NCBI GenBank assembly: GCA_964397465.1
Contig: CAYNIC010000002.1
Location: 52,162-116,161 of the forward strand
From: an uncultured Rhodospirillales bacterium
Lineage (GTDB): Bacteria > Pseudomonadota > Alphaproteobacteria > JAWKYA01
DNA length: 64,000 nt
Direction: 5' to 3'
In this document: positions 53,287 through 63,800 of the stretch, piece by piece
How the letters are laid out: the number at the start of each line of letters is the position of its first letter
Position numbering within the stretch: position 1 is the stretch's first letter
Program-made: the position numbers and the translations under genes
The notes under the pieces: generated by a model
The model's database searches: none
Told to the model about the DNA's origin: nothing
What the model saw: only the letters and a program-made list of their open reading frames with translations

Positions 53287-53493
53287 ATGGACGATAGCGA
53301 ACGCGAACGCCTGCAGGCTATGCTTATTCATCTGGAGACCGAACATCGGGATCTAGACGATATTATTCGTCGGCTCATTGAAAGTCCGATTGTCGACCGA
53401 CTGCAAATCCAGCGGCTTAAGAAGCGCAAACTTGTGCTGAAGGATCAAATCAGTCAGCTGCACAATCTTTTGCTACCCGACATAATTGCCTAA
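53287..53493 (+). CDS. DUF465 (YdcH-like) small protein (second copy)
   Basis: 68 aa ...LETEHRDLDDIIRRL...LKKRKLVLKDQISQL, the same family as 51289-51453. Confidence 0.6.
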   Translation: MDDSERERLQAMLIHLETEHRDLDDIIRRLIESPIVDRLQIQRLKKRKLVLKDQISQLHNLLLPDIIA

Positions 53494-53497
53494 GCAG

Positions 53498-54757
53498 TTA
53501 GCCGGTCGCTTGGGTCTTACCGCCTTCGGTGATGCGGAGGGTTGCCCACACTTCTTGAAGTGCCGTCACCAGCTGATCGATCATTGCGTTGCTATGAAGA
53601 GGAGATAAGGTGATCCGCAACCGCTCATTCCCGCGGGGGACGGTCGGATAATTGATCGGTTGGATATAGATCTTGTGTTCATGGAGCAATCGATCCGCCG
53701 CGGCCTTGCATAAAACAGCATCGCCAATGGGAACTGGCACGATATGGGTTGTGCTGGGCAGGCAGGGCAGTCCGGCCGCAGTTAGCCGTGTCTTCAGATA
53801 GCGGGTTTGCTCGTGCAAGGCTTGGCGTTCGCTATCGCATGATCGCAAATGCCGGATGCTGGCTAACGCGCCGGCGGCAAGCGCAGGCGGCATGGCAGTG
53901 GTAAAGATAAATCCGGGCGCGTAAGAACGTACCGCATCGCATAAGACCGAGGATGCCGCAATATAACCGCCTTGCAACCCGAAAGCCTTGCCGAGAGTTC
54001 CTTCGATGACGTCGATCCGATCCATAACCCCGTCGCGGGCGGCGATCCCGGCGCCGCCGGGGCCGTACATGCCGACGGCATGAACTTCATCAAGATAGGT
54101 CAGCGCTTCATAGCGTTCAGCCAGATCGCAGATTTCTTTGATCGGCGCGATATCGCCATCCATGGAGTAGACCGACTCAAAGGCGATCAGCTTGGGCCGC
54201 GAAGGATCTACGCTGCGCAGAAGCGCTTCCAAATGCTCAAGGTCGTTATGGCGGAAAATAAGTTTTTCGCAGCCGCTGCGGCGAATGCCTTCGATCATAG
54301 AGGCGTGATTCAAAGCATCAGAAAAAATCACGCAGCCGGGTAGTAGCCGCGCCAAGACATCCAAAGCCGCTTCGTTCGCCACATAGCCCGACGAGAAAAT
54401 CAGCGCCGCCGCCTTTTGATGGAGCGAGGCGATTTCGGCTTCTACCTCGACAAGGGCATGACTGGTCCCGGAGATATTGCGGGTGCCCCCGGCGCCGGCA
54501 CCATACCTGTCCAGTGCCGCATGCATGGCGGAGAGGACTTTAGGATGTTGCCCCATTCCGAGATAATCATTGGAGCACCAGATAGTGACCTCGTGGCTAC
54601 CGGAAGGGTCGCGGTAAATGGCTTGGGGAAAATCGCCGGCCCGCCGTTCAAGATCGGCAAAAACCCGATACCGGCCCTCAGCCTTCAGCTGGGTAATCCG
54701 GTTGGCAAAAAGGGTCTCGTAGGAAAGGCGCCGCTGACCGGCCATAGTCATGTCCAC
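53498..54757 (-). CDS. hemA: 5-aminolevulinate synthase
   Basis: About 410 aa. [17 protein letters not shown]-terminus and a PLP-lysine region in the alpha-oxoamine synthase fold. The start is ambiguous among GTG 54757, ATG 54751 and ATG 54745. Confidence 0.9.
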   Translation of the reverse strand: MDMTMAGQRRLSYETLFANRITQLKAEGRYRVFADLERRAGDFPQAIYRDPSGSHEVTIWCSNDYLGMGQHPKVLSAMHAALDRYGAGAGGTRNISGTSHALVEVEAEIASLHQKAAALIFSSGYVANEAALDVLARLLPGCVIFSDALNHASMIEGIRRSGCEKLIFRHNDLEHLEALLRSVDPSRPKLIAFESVYSMDGDIAPIKEICDLAERYEALTYLDEVHAVGMYGPGGAGIAARDGVMDRIDVIEGTLGKAFGLQGGYIAASSVLCDAVRSYAPGFIFTTAMPPALAAGALASIRHLRSCDSERQALHEQTRYLKTRLTAAGLPCLPSTTHIVPVPIGDAVLCKAAADRLLHEHKIYIQPINYPTVPRGNERLRITLSPLHSNAMIDQLVTALQEVWATLRITEGGKTQATG

Positions 54758-54895
54758 CCACCGTTGGTTGGTGCCCTATCATGCGACGGCCCGGCCCAGG
54801 GAGCAACCGCCGCAAGACCAAAGATTACCGCGACCAAGCGGCGCAGGACCAGCCTGCGTTGCATAGGGGCGGCTTATCGCGTAGAACCTTGAGAA

Positions 54896-57861
54896 TGACG
54901 CATCGACCTGCAAAGGCCACAAATCATGTCTCTTTGTCACCCCATGTGGCAGATGAGGTTAAGGCGACGACCTGTTATATGTGCGCTTGCCGGTGCGGCA
55001 TTCAAGTTTATGTGAAGAACGACAAAATCCGTTATATCGAGGGCAATCCCAATCACCCGGTGAACCGAGGCGTCTTATGCGCCAAGGGATCGGCCGGAAT
55101 TATGCAGCACTATTCGCCGGCGCGGCTGCGGAAGCCCTTGCTGCGCGTGGGTGAGCGGGGCGAGGGAAAATTTCGCGAAATTAGTTGGGATGAGGCGCTG
55201 GATCTCGCGACGACGTGGCTGGCTGATATTCGCCGGACCGACCCCAAAAAATTGGCTTTCTTCACCGGGCGGGATCAATCCCAATCCTTGACCGGCTGGT
55301 GGGCCAGCCGTTTCGGCACCCCGAACTTTGCCGCCCACGGCGGATTTTGCTCGGTCAATATCGCCGCCGCCGGCATGTATTCTATTGGCGGGTCCTTCTG
55401 GGAATTCGGCGAGGTCGATTGGGAGCACACCCGCTATTTAATGATGTTTGGCGTCGCGGAGGACCATGACTCCAATCCGATAAAGATCGGTCTTGGGTCT
55501 TTACGCAGCAAAGCCCAAGCAAAGATTGTCTCGATCAATCCGGTGCAGACGGGTTATGCCGCCTTGGCCGACGAATGGATCGGCATCCGCCCCGGCAGCG
55601 ACGGGTTGCTGGTCTTTGCCTTGATCCATGAACTGTTAAAGGCCGATAAGGTCGATGGTGAGTTTTTGGCGCGTTATACCAATGCGCCGTGGTTGGTCAT
55701 CGATGCGCCGGGCACCGGGCAACACGGACTCTTCGCCCGCAATGAGGAAGGTCACCCGCTGTGTTTCGATGGTCGTCAGAACAAAATTGTCGATGCTTTG
55801 ACGGCGGAAACACATCCGATTCTGGCGGGTACGCATCAGCTGGCCGACGGAACCAAGGTTGTTCCAGTATTCGAATTGATGGCCCAACGCTATCTTGATC
55901 CGACCTATGCGCCCGAACAAGTTGCGGCGCAAACCGGTATTCCAGCAGAGACGATCCGCCGCTTGGCGGGAGAGCTGGCTCACGCTGCCTTCGCCCAGCA
56001 GGTGGTTCTGGATGTGCCGTGGACCGATTGGGCGGGACGGCGCCATGAGCAAATGATCGGTCGCCCCGTTTCCATTCATGCCATGCGAGGAATCTCCGCC
56101 CACAGTAATGGCTTTGATACCTGCCGTGCCATTCACGTGCTGCAGATGTTGCTGGGCGCCATCGATACGCCGGGTTCGTTCCGGTTCAAGCCGCCCTATC
56201 CGAAATCAGCGCCACCGGGTCCCAAACCCGCCGGTAAAACCACGTCGCCGAATACGGCTTTTGACGGATCACCCTTGGGCTATGTGACGGATCCCGCCGA
56301 TCTATTGCTGGATGACAAAGGCGCCGCGCAAAGAATCGACAAGGCTTATTCCTGGGAGTTTCCCTTCGCCGCTCACGGTTTGCTGCATCTTATGTTGCAC
56401 AATGCCTGGGCGGGCGATCCTTATCGCATCGAGTGTTTGTTTCTGTACATGGCGAACATGGGCTGGAACAGCGCGATGAATATCGAAGGAAGCATTAAAT
56501 ATCTCACCGATAAAAACGCCGACGGCAGTTACCGCATTCCAAAAATTATTTATGTCGACGCTTACAACAGCGAGACCGTCGCCTATGCCGATCTCGTTCT
56601 GCCGGACACGACCTATTTGGAGCGGTGGGATTGCATCTCACTCTTGGACCGGCCGATCTCGCGGCCGGACGGTCCGGCCGATGCAATTCGCCAGCCGGTA
56701 GTAAAGCCCGATCGAGATGTGCGCCCGTTCCAGGATGTGCTGCTGGATCTCGGCGCACGGCTCCATTTGCCGGGTATGGCCGATAGCGGTGGGAAGCCGG
56801 TCTATCCGGGCGGCTATGCGGATTACATGGTCAATCATCAACGCAGTCCCGGGCTCGGCCCGCTTGCCGGGTGGCGGGGCGAGACGCAAGATCAATCGGG
56901 CAAAGGCGCCCCGAATTCGCGGCAGCTCGAGCGTTATATCGACAATGATTGTCATTGGTATGAACCGTTCACGCCATCCCAGCGCTATTTCAAAATGGGC
57001 AACAAGGATTATCTGAATTACGCCCACAAAGTGGGGTGGGTGGCGTCGCCGGATCCGATCATCCTGCAGCTTTATGTTGAGCCGCTGCAAAAGTTCCGTC
57101 TGACGGCCCAAGGTCACGGACCTCATCAGCCGCCGGAGAGCCTGCGGACACGCGTCGCAACCTATTTTGATCCCTTGCCGCGATGGCATCCGCCAGTCGA
57201 TGAAAGCAATTCGGATCATGAAAACTATCCTTTGCACGCGATCACCCAGAGGCCAATGCATATGTATCATTCGTGGGGGTCGCAGAATGCTTGGCTGCGC
57301 CAGATAACCGATCGGAATTATTTGTTCGTTCATAAGGACCGCGCCTGTGATCTTGACTTGAAGGATGGTGATTGGGTTTGGGTAATCAGTCCGCATGGCC
57401 GCCTAAAGGCGCCGATTAAAACCATGACCGGCGTCAATCGCGATACGGTGTGGACGTGGAATGCGATTGGCAAGCGGGCGGGTGCTTGGGGGCTTGATGC
57501 CAATGCACCTGAGGCAACCAAGGGATTTTTGCTTAATCATCTTATTGCCGACCTCTTCCCACCTCGCAAAGGGCGGTCCAGCCTTGCCAATGCCGATCCG
57601 GTGACGGGTCAAGCGGCGTGGTATGATCTGAAGGTTCGCATTAAAAAATGCCTGCCCGAAGAAGCCGAAGAAACAGCGCCACGATTCCCGTCACTGATAA
57701 ACCAAGGATCGCCGGTTCAACCGGCGGTCCTGCGCCAAGGGTTGAATGTGAAGGATACAAAAACATCGGTAACGCCGGTTCCTTTTAGGGAATGGATCGG
57801 CAATGCTGACAGCTATGCCTTGCAGAAGGATAGGCATGCAGAAGACAAGGCGAAACCATGA
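54896..57861 (+). CDS. Molybdopterin (Mo-bisPGD) oxidoreductase catalytic subunit without a Tat signal, SoeA-like
   Basis: 988 aa. An N-terminal CYMCACRCG...LCAKG FS0 cluster motif, then molybdopterin domains. No twin-arginine leader in any frame upstream. Confidence 0.75.
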
Positions 57862-58595
57862 CCAGCCTTCCGCAAAACCCGCCGCCCGTCAAACTGGGAT
57901 TGGTTATCGATTTGGATATCTGCGTAGGCTGTCACGCCTGCGCGGTTTCGTGCAAAGAATGGAACAGCGGCGGCCATTCCGCACCGCTGACCGACTTTGA
58001 TCCCTATGGCGCCCATCCCTCGGGCGTGTGGTTCAATCGGGTGCACAGCTTTGAAGTGGTGGATGATGCCGGAGATGCCAGAACAGTGCATTTTCCAAAA
58101 TCATGTTTGCATTGCGATGATGCGCCGTGCGTCACGGTTTGCCCGACGGGCGCTTCCTACAAACGGGAAGAAGACGGGATTGTCCTTGTCAATGCAGATA
58201 CCTGCATCGGCTGCAAGCTGTGTTCGTGGGCTTGTCCCTATGGGACGCGGGAATATGATGAAGACGCCGGAGTGATGAAAAAATGCACGCTCTGCGTCGA
58301 CAAGATTTACAACGCTAATCTCGAGCCCGCTGCGCGCGTGCCGGCATGCGTATCGGCTTGTCCCACAGGAGCGCGAAGCTTTGGTGATTTGGGTAATCCC
58401 GACAGTGGGGTCTCGCAGTTGGTGGCCTCCCGCGCTGGTTTTGATTTGATGCCCGAACAGGGCTGCCGTCCGGTCAATAAATATCTCCCGCCGCGCCAGC
58501 GCCAGACAACAGGCGATGGAAGACCGTTGACTCCCGTCGTGGCCGATCAAGCGGGTCTGTTGGCGCGCTGGGTTGACCGGATCTTTTCACATTAA
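57858..58595 (+). CDS. 4Fe-4S ferredoxin-type iron-sulfur subunit (DmsB/SoeB-like)
   Basis: Four Cys clusters (CVGCHACAVSC, CLHCDDAPC, CIGCKLCSWACP, CTLCVDK...C). ATGA overlap with the upstream gene. Confidence 0.8.
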   Translation: MTSLPQNPPPVKLGLVIDLDICVGCHACAVSCKEWNSGGHSAPLTDFDPYGAHPSGVWFNRVHSFEVVDDAGDARTVHFPKSCLHCDDAPCVTVCPTGASYKREEDGIVLVNADTCIGCKLCSWACPYGTREYDEDAGVMKKCTLCVDKIYNANLEPAARVPACVSACPTGARSFGDLGNPDSGVSQLVASRAGFDLMPEQGCRPVNKYLPPRQRQTTGDGRPLTPVVADQAGLLARWVDRIFSH

Positions 58596-58606
58596 CCGGC
58601 TACGCC

Positions 58607-59551
58607 ATGCATCCAGCAAAGTCCGTCATTCTTTTTACGACAACTTCCGGCGCCGGGGCGGGACTGTTGATCTGGCTCGGCGTGTTTGGTTTGGCCGGCC
58701 GGCTTCCTGCGGAATTATTTTTTCATTTGACGGTTTTTGGCGCGGCCTTTGTGCTGGTGACCATAGGCCTTCTGTCGTCGGTTTTTCATCTTGGCCACCC
58801 GGAGCGGGCCTGGCGCGCTCTTAGTCAATGGCGATCATCATGGCTGTCGCGCGAAGGGGTCGCGGCGCTTGTCACCTATCCGCTAGCCGGAGGTTACGCG
58901 GCAACGCTTTATGGTTTTGGCTTAACCAATGGAGTCACCAAAGTATTGGGAATTGCCGCCGTCGTCATGGCGATGGTGTTTATTGTCTGCACCGGAATGA
59001 TCTATGCCTCGCTGCGGCCTATCAAGGCCTGGGCCAATCCGTATGTTCCAATCGGGTATTTGCTGTTCGCGCTGATGACCGGGGCTATTCTGCTTGCGGC
59101 CCTGCAAGCCGTATTTGGTGACAACTATGTTCCGACGACGGGCTTTGCTATTGGTCTTTTGGCTATAGGTCTTATGCATAAGTTGGGATACTGGCGGTTC
59201 ATCGATCAAGCCGCGTCTCGCTCAACGCCGGAAACCGCCACCGGCTTGGGTCATTTGGGGCAGGTGCGTCTTTTGGAAGGTCCACATAGCGAGGCGAATT
59301 ACCTGATGCAGGAGATGGGGTTTCGCATCGCTCGCAAACATACGCAGGCTTTGCGGCGTGTGGTTCTTATTGCGGGGTTTGTTTTGCCCAGTCTTTTTTT
59401 GGTCGCCGCACTTGTCTTATCGGCAGCAGGAATAGTTTTTATATCTCTTGCGGCGATATCCTGCGCCTTGGGAATCATTGTCGAGCGCTGGCTGTTTTTT
59501 GCCGAGGCGAAGCATACGGTTGCGATGTATTACGGCGCACCGTCGGCTTAA
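58607..59551 (+). CDS. DmsC/NrfD-type membrane anchor subunit (SoeC-like)
   Basis: 314 aa with about 8 TM helices and a DmsC-like N-terminus. Confidence 0.7.
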   Translation: MHPAKSVILFTTTSGAGAGLLIWLGVFGLAGRLPAELFFHLTVFGAAFVLVTIGLLSSVFHLGHPERAWRALSQWRSSWLSREGVAALVTYPLAGGYAATLYGFGLTNGVTKVLGIAAVVMAMVFIVCTGMIYASLRPIKAWANPYVPIGYLLFALMTGAILLAALQAVFGDNYVPTTGFAIGLLAIGLMHKLGYWRFIDQAASRSTPETATGLGHLGQVRLLEGPHSEANYLMQEMGFRIARKHTQALRRVVLIAGFVLPSLFLVAALVLSAAGIVFISLAAISCALGIIVERWLFFAEAKHTVAMYYGAPSA

Positions 59552-59554
59552 CAT

Positions 59555-61153
59555 CTACTGCATCTGCTCTTTGGTCGACAAAAACCGCACCGTTGGAAAA
59601 TCCTCTTGTGCCCGATTAAGGTGCCAGGCATTACGTGCGAGATAAACCGGTGCGCCGTCATGATCTTCGGCCATATTGGCGCTATTGGCATCGCTGAACG
59701 CTTTAAGCTTGAGGTTGTCGTCGGCTTCAACCCACCGTGCCGTGTAAAGGTTTGATGGTTCAAACCGCACCGGAACGTCATATTCGGTGCGGATACGATC
59801 CGCTAACACTTCAAACTGCAGAGGCCCCACAGCACCGACAATAAACCCCTGATCAAGACGCGCGCGGAATACACGGGCGGCGCCTTCCTCGGCCAATTGC
59901 TGCAAGGCCTTGCCCAGATGCTTGGCGCGCATCGGATCTTCGGGACGCACACGTTGCAAAATTTCCGGCGCAAAGCTGGGGATGCCGACAAAGCGCAAAA
60001 GCTCGCCCTCGGTTAGGGCATCACCAATGCGCAGATTGCCATGATTAGGCAAGCCGACAATATCGCCGGGAAAGGCGCTTTCCGCCACTTCCCGGTCTTG
60101 GCCCAAAAACATCAGCGGATTATGCATCAAGGTCCACTTATTCGATCGTACATGAAGCAATTTCATGCCGCGTTTGAAGGCGCCGGAACAAATCCGCACA
60201 AAGGCCAACCGGTCCCGGTGGCGTGGGTCCATATTAGCCTGGATTTTGAACACAAAACCGGTCACTTTATTTTCGTCAGGTTTGACAATCCGGTTGTCGG
60301 CACATTTTTGCGGCCGCGGTGTCGGTGCGTAGCGCGCCAAGCCATCCAGCAACTCACGCACGCCGAAGTTATTGACCGCGCTGCCGAAAAACACCGGCGT
60401 CATATGGCCTTCAAGATAGGCTTCTTCGGAAAATTTCGGCATCAGCTGGCGGACCATCTCGGCCTGTTCACGCAACTCGGCCAGTGCATCTGCCGGCAAC
60501 AACTTATCCAACTTAGGATCGGTAAGTCCCTCGCAGGTTTCTCCCGCTTCGGGCAGGCTGCCTTTCTTCGCAGCGCGTTCCAGCAAGGCCAGACGGTCAT
60601 TCAACAAATCATAGCAGCCGAGGAAACTTCGGCCCATGCCGATCGGCCAGGTTGCGGGCGACAGATCCAGCGCCAGTTCGCGCTCGATCTCGCTGATCAG
60701 ATCAAAGGGGTCGCGGCCTTCACGGTCCAGCTTGTTGATGAAGGTGATGATCGGCACATCCCGCAGCCGGCAAATCTCAAATAGTTTCCGCGTGCGGTCT
60801 TCGATGCCCTTGGCGGCGTCGATCACCATCACCGCCGAATCAACCGCGGTCAGGGTGCGGTAGGTGTCTTCACTGAAATCTTCGTGGCCGGGCGTATCCA
60901 AAAGATTAAAAATTGCCGGACCATAGTCAAAGGTCATGACCGAGGTTGCGACCGAGATGCCGCGTTCTCGTTCGACTTTCATCCAGTCGGATCGCGCGCG
61001 TCGCGCATCCCCCCGCGCCTTGACGGCGCCGGCCAATTGAATCGCGCCGCCGAACAACAGCAGCTTTTCGGTTAGGGTAGTTTTGCCCGCGTCAGGATGG
61101 GAGATGATGGCGAAGGTTCTTCGCCGCGCAATCTCCGAGGTCAGGTTTGTCAT
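59555..61153 (-). CDS. prfC: Peptide chain release factor 3
   Basis: RRTFAIISHPDAGKTTLTEKLL GTPase. 532 aa. Confidence 0.95.
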   Translation of the reverse strand: MTNLTSEIARRRTFAIISHPDAGKTTLTEKLLLFGGAIQLAGAVKARGDARRARSDWMKVERERGISVATSVMTFDYGPAIFNLLDTPGHEDFSEDTYRTLTAVDSAVMVIDAAKGIEDRTRKLFEICRLRDVPIITFINKLDREGRDPFDLISEIERELALDLSPATWPIGMGRSFLGCYDLLNDRLALLERAAKKGSLPEAGETCEGLTDPKLDKLLPADALAELREQAEMVRQLMPKFSEEAYLEGHMTPVFFGSAVNNFGVRELLDGLARYAPTPRPQKCADNRIVKPDENKVTGFVFKIQANMDPRHRDRLAFVRICSGAFKRGMKLLHVRSNKWTLMHNPLMFLGQDREVAESAFPGDIVGLPNHGNLRIGDALTEGELLRFVGIPSFAPEILQRVRPEDPMRAKHLGKALQQLAEEGAARVFRARLDQGFIVGAVGPLQFEVLADRIRTEYDVPVRFEPSNLYTARWVEADDNLKLKAFSDANSANMAEDHDGAPVYLARNAWHLNRAQEDFPTVRFLSTKEQMQ

Positions 61154-61207
61154 GAGAGGCTCTATCCTCGGAAATACCGGTCGGCGTCAAGTATCTTAAC
61201 GTCGTCG

Positions 61208-61543
61208 TTATAGCTGCTGGCCGGGAAAGGGGTTGCGGCCGTCGCGGTCATCGATCTCGATGACCCATAAATCTCCATCCCGCGCCACCGCCTTGCTGAT
61301 ATAAGCATCGGCATCGGCTTCGGCAACCACCGCACCTTGAAGGGCTGCCAGCCATGCACGCTGGCCTTTACCGTCCCGAGCTTGATTCAACACCCGCCAC
61401 CCTTCGGGACGCTGGGCCAGCTTCAGCAGGATCGTGCCGCGATGGGGGTCGCCCTTGCGGGTAACCACTGCCGGAATGGACGCAAGGTCTGCTTGGCGTA
61501 GATGGAGTTGAACCCAAAGCGCGGTCGGCAGATCCTCATCCAT
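61208..61543 (-). CDS. DUF1491-like hypothetical protein
   Basis: 111 aa ...VVTRKGDPHRGTILLKL.... Confidence 0.45.
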   Translation of the reverse strand: MDEDLPTALWVQLHLRQADLASIPAVVTRKGDPHRGTILLKLAQRPEGWRVLNQARDGKGQRAWLAALQGAVVAEADADAYISKAVARDGDLWVIEIDDRDGRNPFPGQQL

Positions 61544-61564
61544 AGAAAGAAGACTTAAAGCCGC

Positions 61565-62524
61565 TTATTTTGGTTTTGGCGTCATGGGCGCGGGAGTCGC
61601 ACTAGGGGCATCCTTCACCGCAGGTGGCAGAGGCTTCCCATCCGGCCCCAAGATTTCGATCTTTGATTTCTTCCGCAGGTCGGCGAGGGTTTCCTCAACA
61701 ATTTGCTCCGCCAAGGCTTCGCGCAATGCCGGCTTGCTTTCCTCGAAGGTGGGCGGTTTGGCTTTGCGCTTTTCCTCGATCTTGATGACGTGCCAGCCGA
61801 ACTGGCTTTGCGTCGGCGTCTTGCTATAGGTCCCGGGTGCCATGACAAAGGCGGCGTCGGCAAAGGCCTTCACCATTTTTTCTCGTGTAAAGAAACCAAG
61901 GTCGCCGCCATTGCCCTTGGCGCTGGGATCGGTGCTTTTTTCCTTGGCGAGGGTGGCGAAATCCTTGCCTTTATCAAGATCGGCAATGATCGCCTTCGCC
62001 TCATCTTCGGTTTTAACCAAAATATGCCTGGCGTGAACTTCTTCTTCGCCGCCGGCTGTCGCCACCTGTTTATCGTACAGCGCCTTCATGCGGGCGTCGG
62101 TGGTCTTATCTTTGATCGCTTTCTCCAAGAACGCTTGATGCAAAACGCGATCTTCCAATCCGGCGAGGCGGCTTTTTACCTCGGGGGTTGATTGCAGGTT
62201 ATCTTTTCGCGCCTGGCGCACGGCAAGTTTCCGTTCGATCATGCGCTCCAAAAGCTGCGGATAAAAGGCATCCAGCGGAAGCTGGCGGTATTCGGCGGGA
62301 AGAGTTTCATAAAGAGCGGCGACTTCGGAACGCATAATGGTTTCGCCATCGATGCGGGCGGCAACGGTATCAGCGACGGGAGCCGAAGACGCCGCCGGTG
62401 GTTTGCCATTAGCCGGTGCGGGTGGGACCGGTGCGGGTGTAGTCTGGGCGCAGAGCGGTCCCGCGACAAGACAAGTGAAAACGGCGGGCACAACAAATAA
62501 ACGGCGCATACAATCCTCGCACAT
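61565..62524 (-). CDS. Periplasmic parvulin-type peptidyl-prolyl cis-trans isomerase (SurA/PpiC-like)
   Basis: A signal peptide, a chaperone-like N-terminal domain, and a parvulin domain (ARHILV...GGDLGFFTREKMVKAFADAAF...GWHVIKIE). Confidence 0.8.
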   Translation of the reverse strand: MCEDCMRRLFVVPAVFTCLVAGPLCAQTTPAPVPPAPANGKPPAASSAPVADTVAARIDGETIMRSEVAALYETLPAEYRQLPLDAFYPQLLERMIERKLAVRQARKDNLQSTPEVKSRLAGLEDRVLHQAFLEKAIKDKTTDARMKALYDKQVATAGGEEEVHARHILVKTEDEAKAIIADLDKGKDFATLAKEKSTDPSAKGNGGDLGFFTREKMVKAFADAAFVMAPGTYSKTPTQSQFGWHVIKIEEKRKAKPPTFEESKPALREALAEQIVEETLADLRKKSKIEILGPDGKPLPPAVKDAPSATPAPMTPKPK

Positions 62525-62579
62525 AGCAAAATCCCTCCCTGCGGGATCGCAGGTGGGTTATATATCTTTGGAAAAAAGG

Positions 62580-62789
62580 TTAGCCGATCAGCTTAAGCTC
62601 GATCGCAGCCATTTTGCCCTTTTTATCCTCGCCCATGACGTATTCGACCCGCTGGCCTTCGGCAAGGCCGGTAAGACCGGATTGCTGAACCGCGGAAATG
62701 TGAACGAAAACGTCTTTTGACTGGTCGTCGGGTTGAATAAACCCATAACCCTTAGTCGCGTTAAACCACTTTACGGTGCCATTCGGCAT
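62580..62789 (-). CDS. cspA: Cold-shock protein (CspA family)
   Basis: [15 protein letters not shown] and VFVHISA, the RNP1 and RNP2 motifs. Confidence 0.9.
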   Translation of the reverse strand: MPNGTVKWFNATKGYGFIQPDDQSKDVFVHISAVQQSGLTGLAEGQRVEYVMGEDKKGKMAAIELKLIG

Positions 62790-62978
62790 GTCGTTGCTCT
62801 CCTGTTTCGGTCGCGCTTAGTCCAGGAAACGGCGCGCCAAAGTAAGATTAACCGACTCGCGTGCCGGGGGCAAAAGGCAAGTTAAGAAGGAGCGGACAGA
62901 ATACCCTCGACGCCGCATTTTCTGCGGGTTTTAATGGGGATAAATCGGTCGAGCTTGGCCAAAATAAGGGGGAAAAGT

Positions 62979-63728
62979 ATGCGCCTACAGGGCAAAATTG
63001 CGATTGTTACGGGAGCGGCCTCCGGCTTTGGCAAGGCCATAGCCCGTAGCTTTGCCGGGGAAGGGGCCAAGGTTCTCATTGCGGATATTAATGAAGCCGG
63101 GGCCCATACCGCCGCCCGGGAAATCGGCAATGGCGCCTCGGCTCATCGGGTTGATGTTACGAAAGCCTTCGAGGTCGAGACGATGGTGAAAACCTGCCTC
63201 CAGGTCTTTGGCGGGTTGGACATCCTGGTGAATAACGCAGGCATCACGCACAAAAACAGGCCCATGCTGGAGGTTGACGAGGCGACCTTTGATCGGGTTT
63301 ACGCCGTGAATGTGAAATCTATTTTCCATAGTGCCCATGCGGCGGTTCCTTATTTTCGTCAGAAGGGTGGCGGGGTGATTATCAATGTGGCTTCAACCGC
63401 TGGACTAAGGCCTCGGCCCGGCCTTACGTGGTACAACGGCAGCAAGGGTGCCGCGGTTGTTTTGTCCAAGTCCATGGCGGTCGAATTGGCGCCTGACAAG
63501 ATCCGGGTGAATACGATCTGTCCGGTGATGGGGGAAACCGCGCTCTTGGAGGATTTTATGGGAATGCCGGATACGCCCCAAAACAGGGCCAAGTTTATTG
63601 CCGGCATTCCCTTAGGCCGAATGAGCAAGCCGGAGGATATTGCCGCCGCGGCTCTTTATCTTGCGAGCGATGAAGCGGCGTTTATTACCGGTGTTGCCTT
63701 AGAGGTTGATGGAGGCCGGTGCATCTAA
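62979..63728 (+). CDS. SDR-family oxidoreductase
   Basis: GKIAIVTGAASGFG Rossmann motif, then NNAG and a YNGSKGA catalytic triad. Confidence 0.85.
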   Translation: MRLQGKIAIVTGAASGFGKAIARSFAGEGAKVLIADINEAGAHTAAREIGNGASAHRVDVTKAFEVETMVKTCLQVFGGLDILVNNAGITHKNRPMLEVDEATFDRVYAVNVKSIFHSAHAAVPYFRQKGGGVIINVASTAGLRPRPGLTWYNGSKGAAVVLSKSMAVELAPDKIRVNTICPVMGETALLEDFMGMPDTPQNRAKFIAGIPLGRMSKPEDIAAAALYLASDEAAFITGVALEVDGGRCI

Positions 63729-63752
63729 GCGACGGTGCGGTTTAAATAAGAA

Positions 63753-63780
63753 AGAGGCGGCACCTCAGGCGCCGCCTCTT
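63753..63780 (-). terminator. Hairpin terminator between the convergent SDR and phasin-like genes
   Basis: GAGGCGGC-acctcaggc-GCCGCCTC. It is followed by a T-rich run on the minus strand (TTTCTTATTTAAA). Confidence 0.5.
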
Positions 63781-63800
63781 CGTCTCGCACGTCAGATAAA

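Noticed and set aside
54781-54895. Upstream in-frame extension of the SoeA-like ORF (MRRPGPGSNRRKTKDYRDQ...) as a possible Tat leader
   Set aside because: The extension overlaps the divergent hemA coding start and has no hydrophobic h-region after its Arg residues. The ATG at 54896 is the first start clear of hemA.
62525-62579. Hairpin CCTGCG-ggat-CGCAGG between cspA and the PPIase gene as a terminator
   Set aside because: The stem is short at 6 bp, it overlaps the PPIase RBS (GGGAGGGA), and there is no U-tract on the minus strand. It is probably just RBS-context structure.
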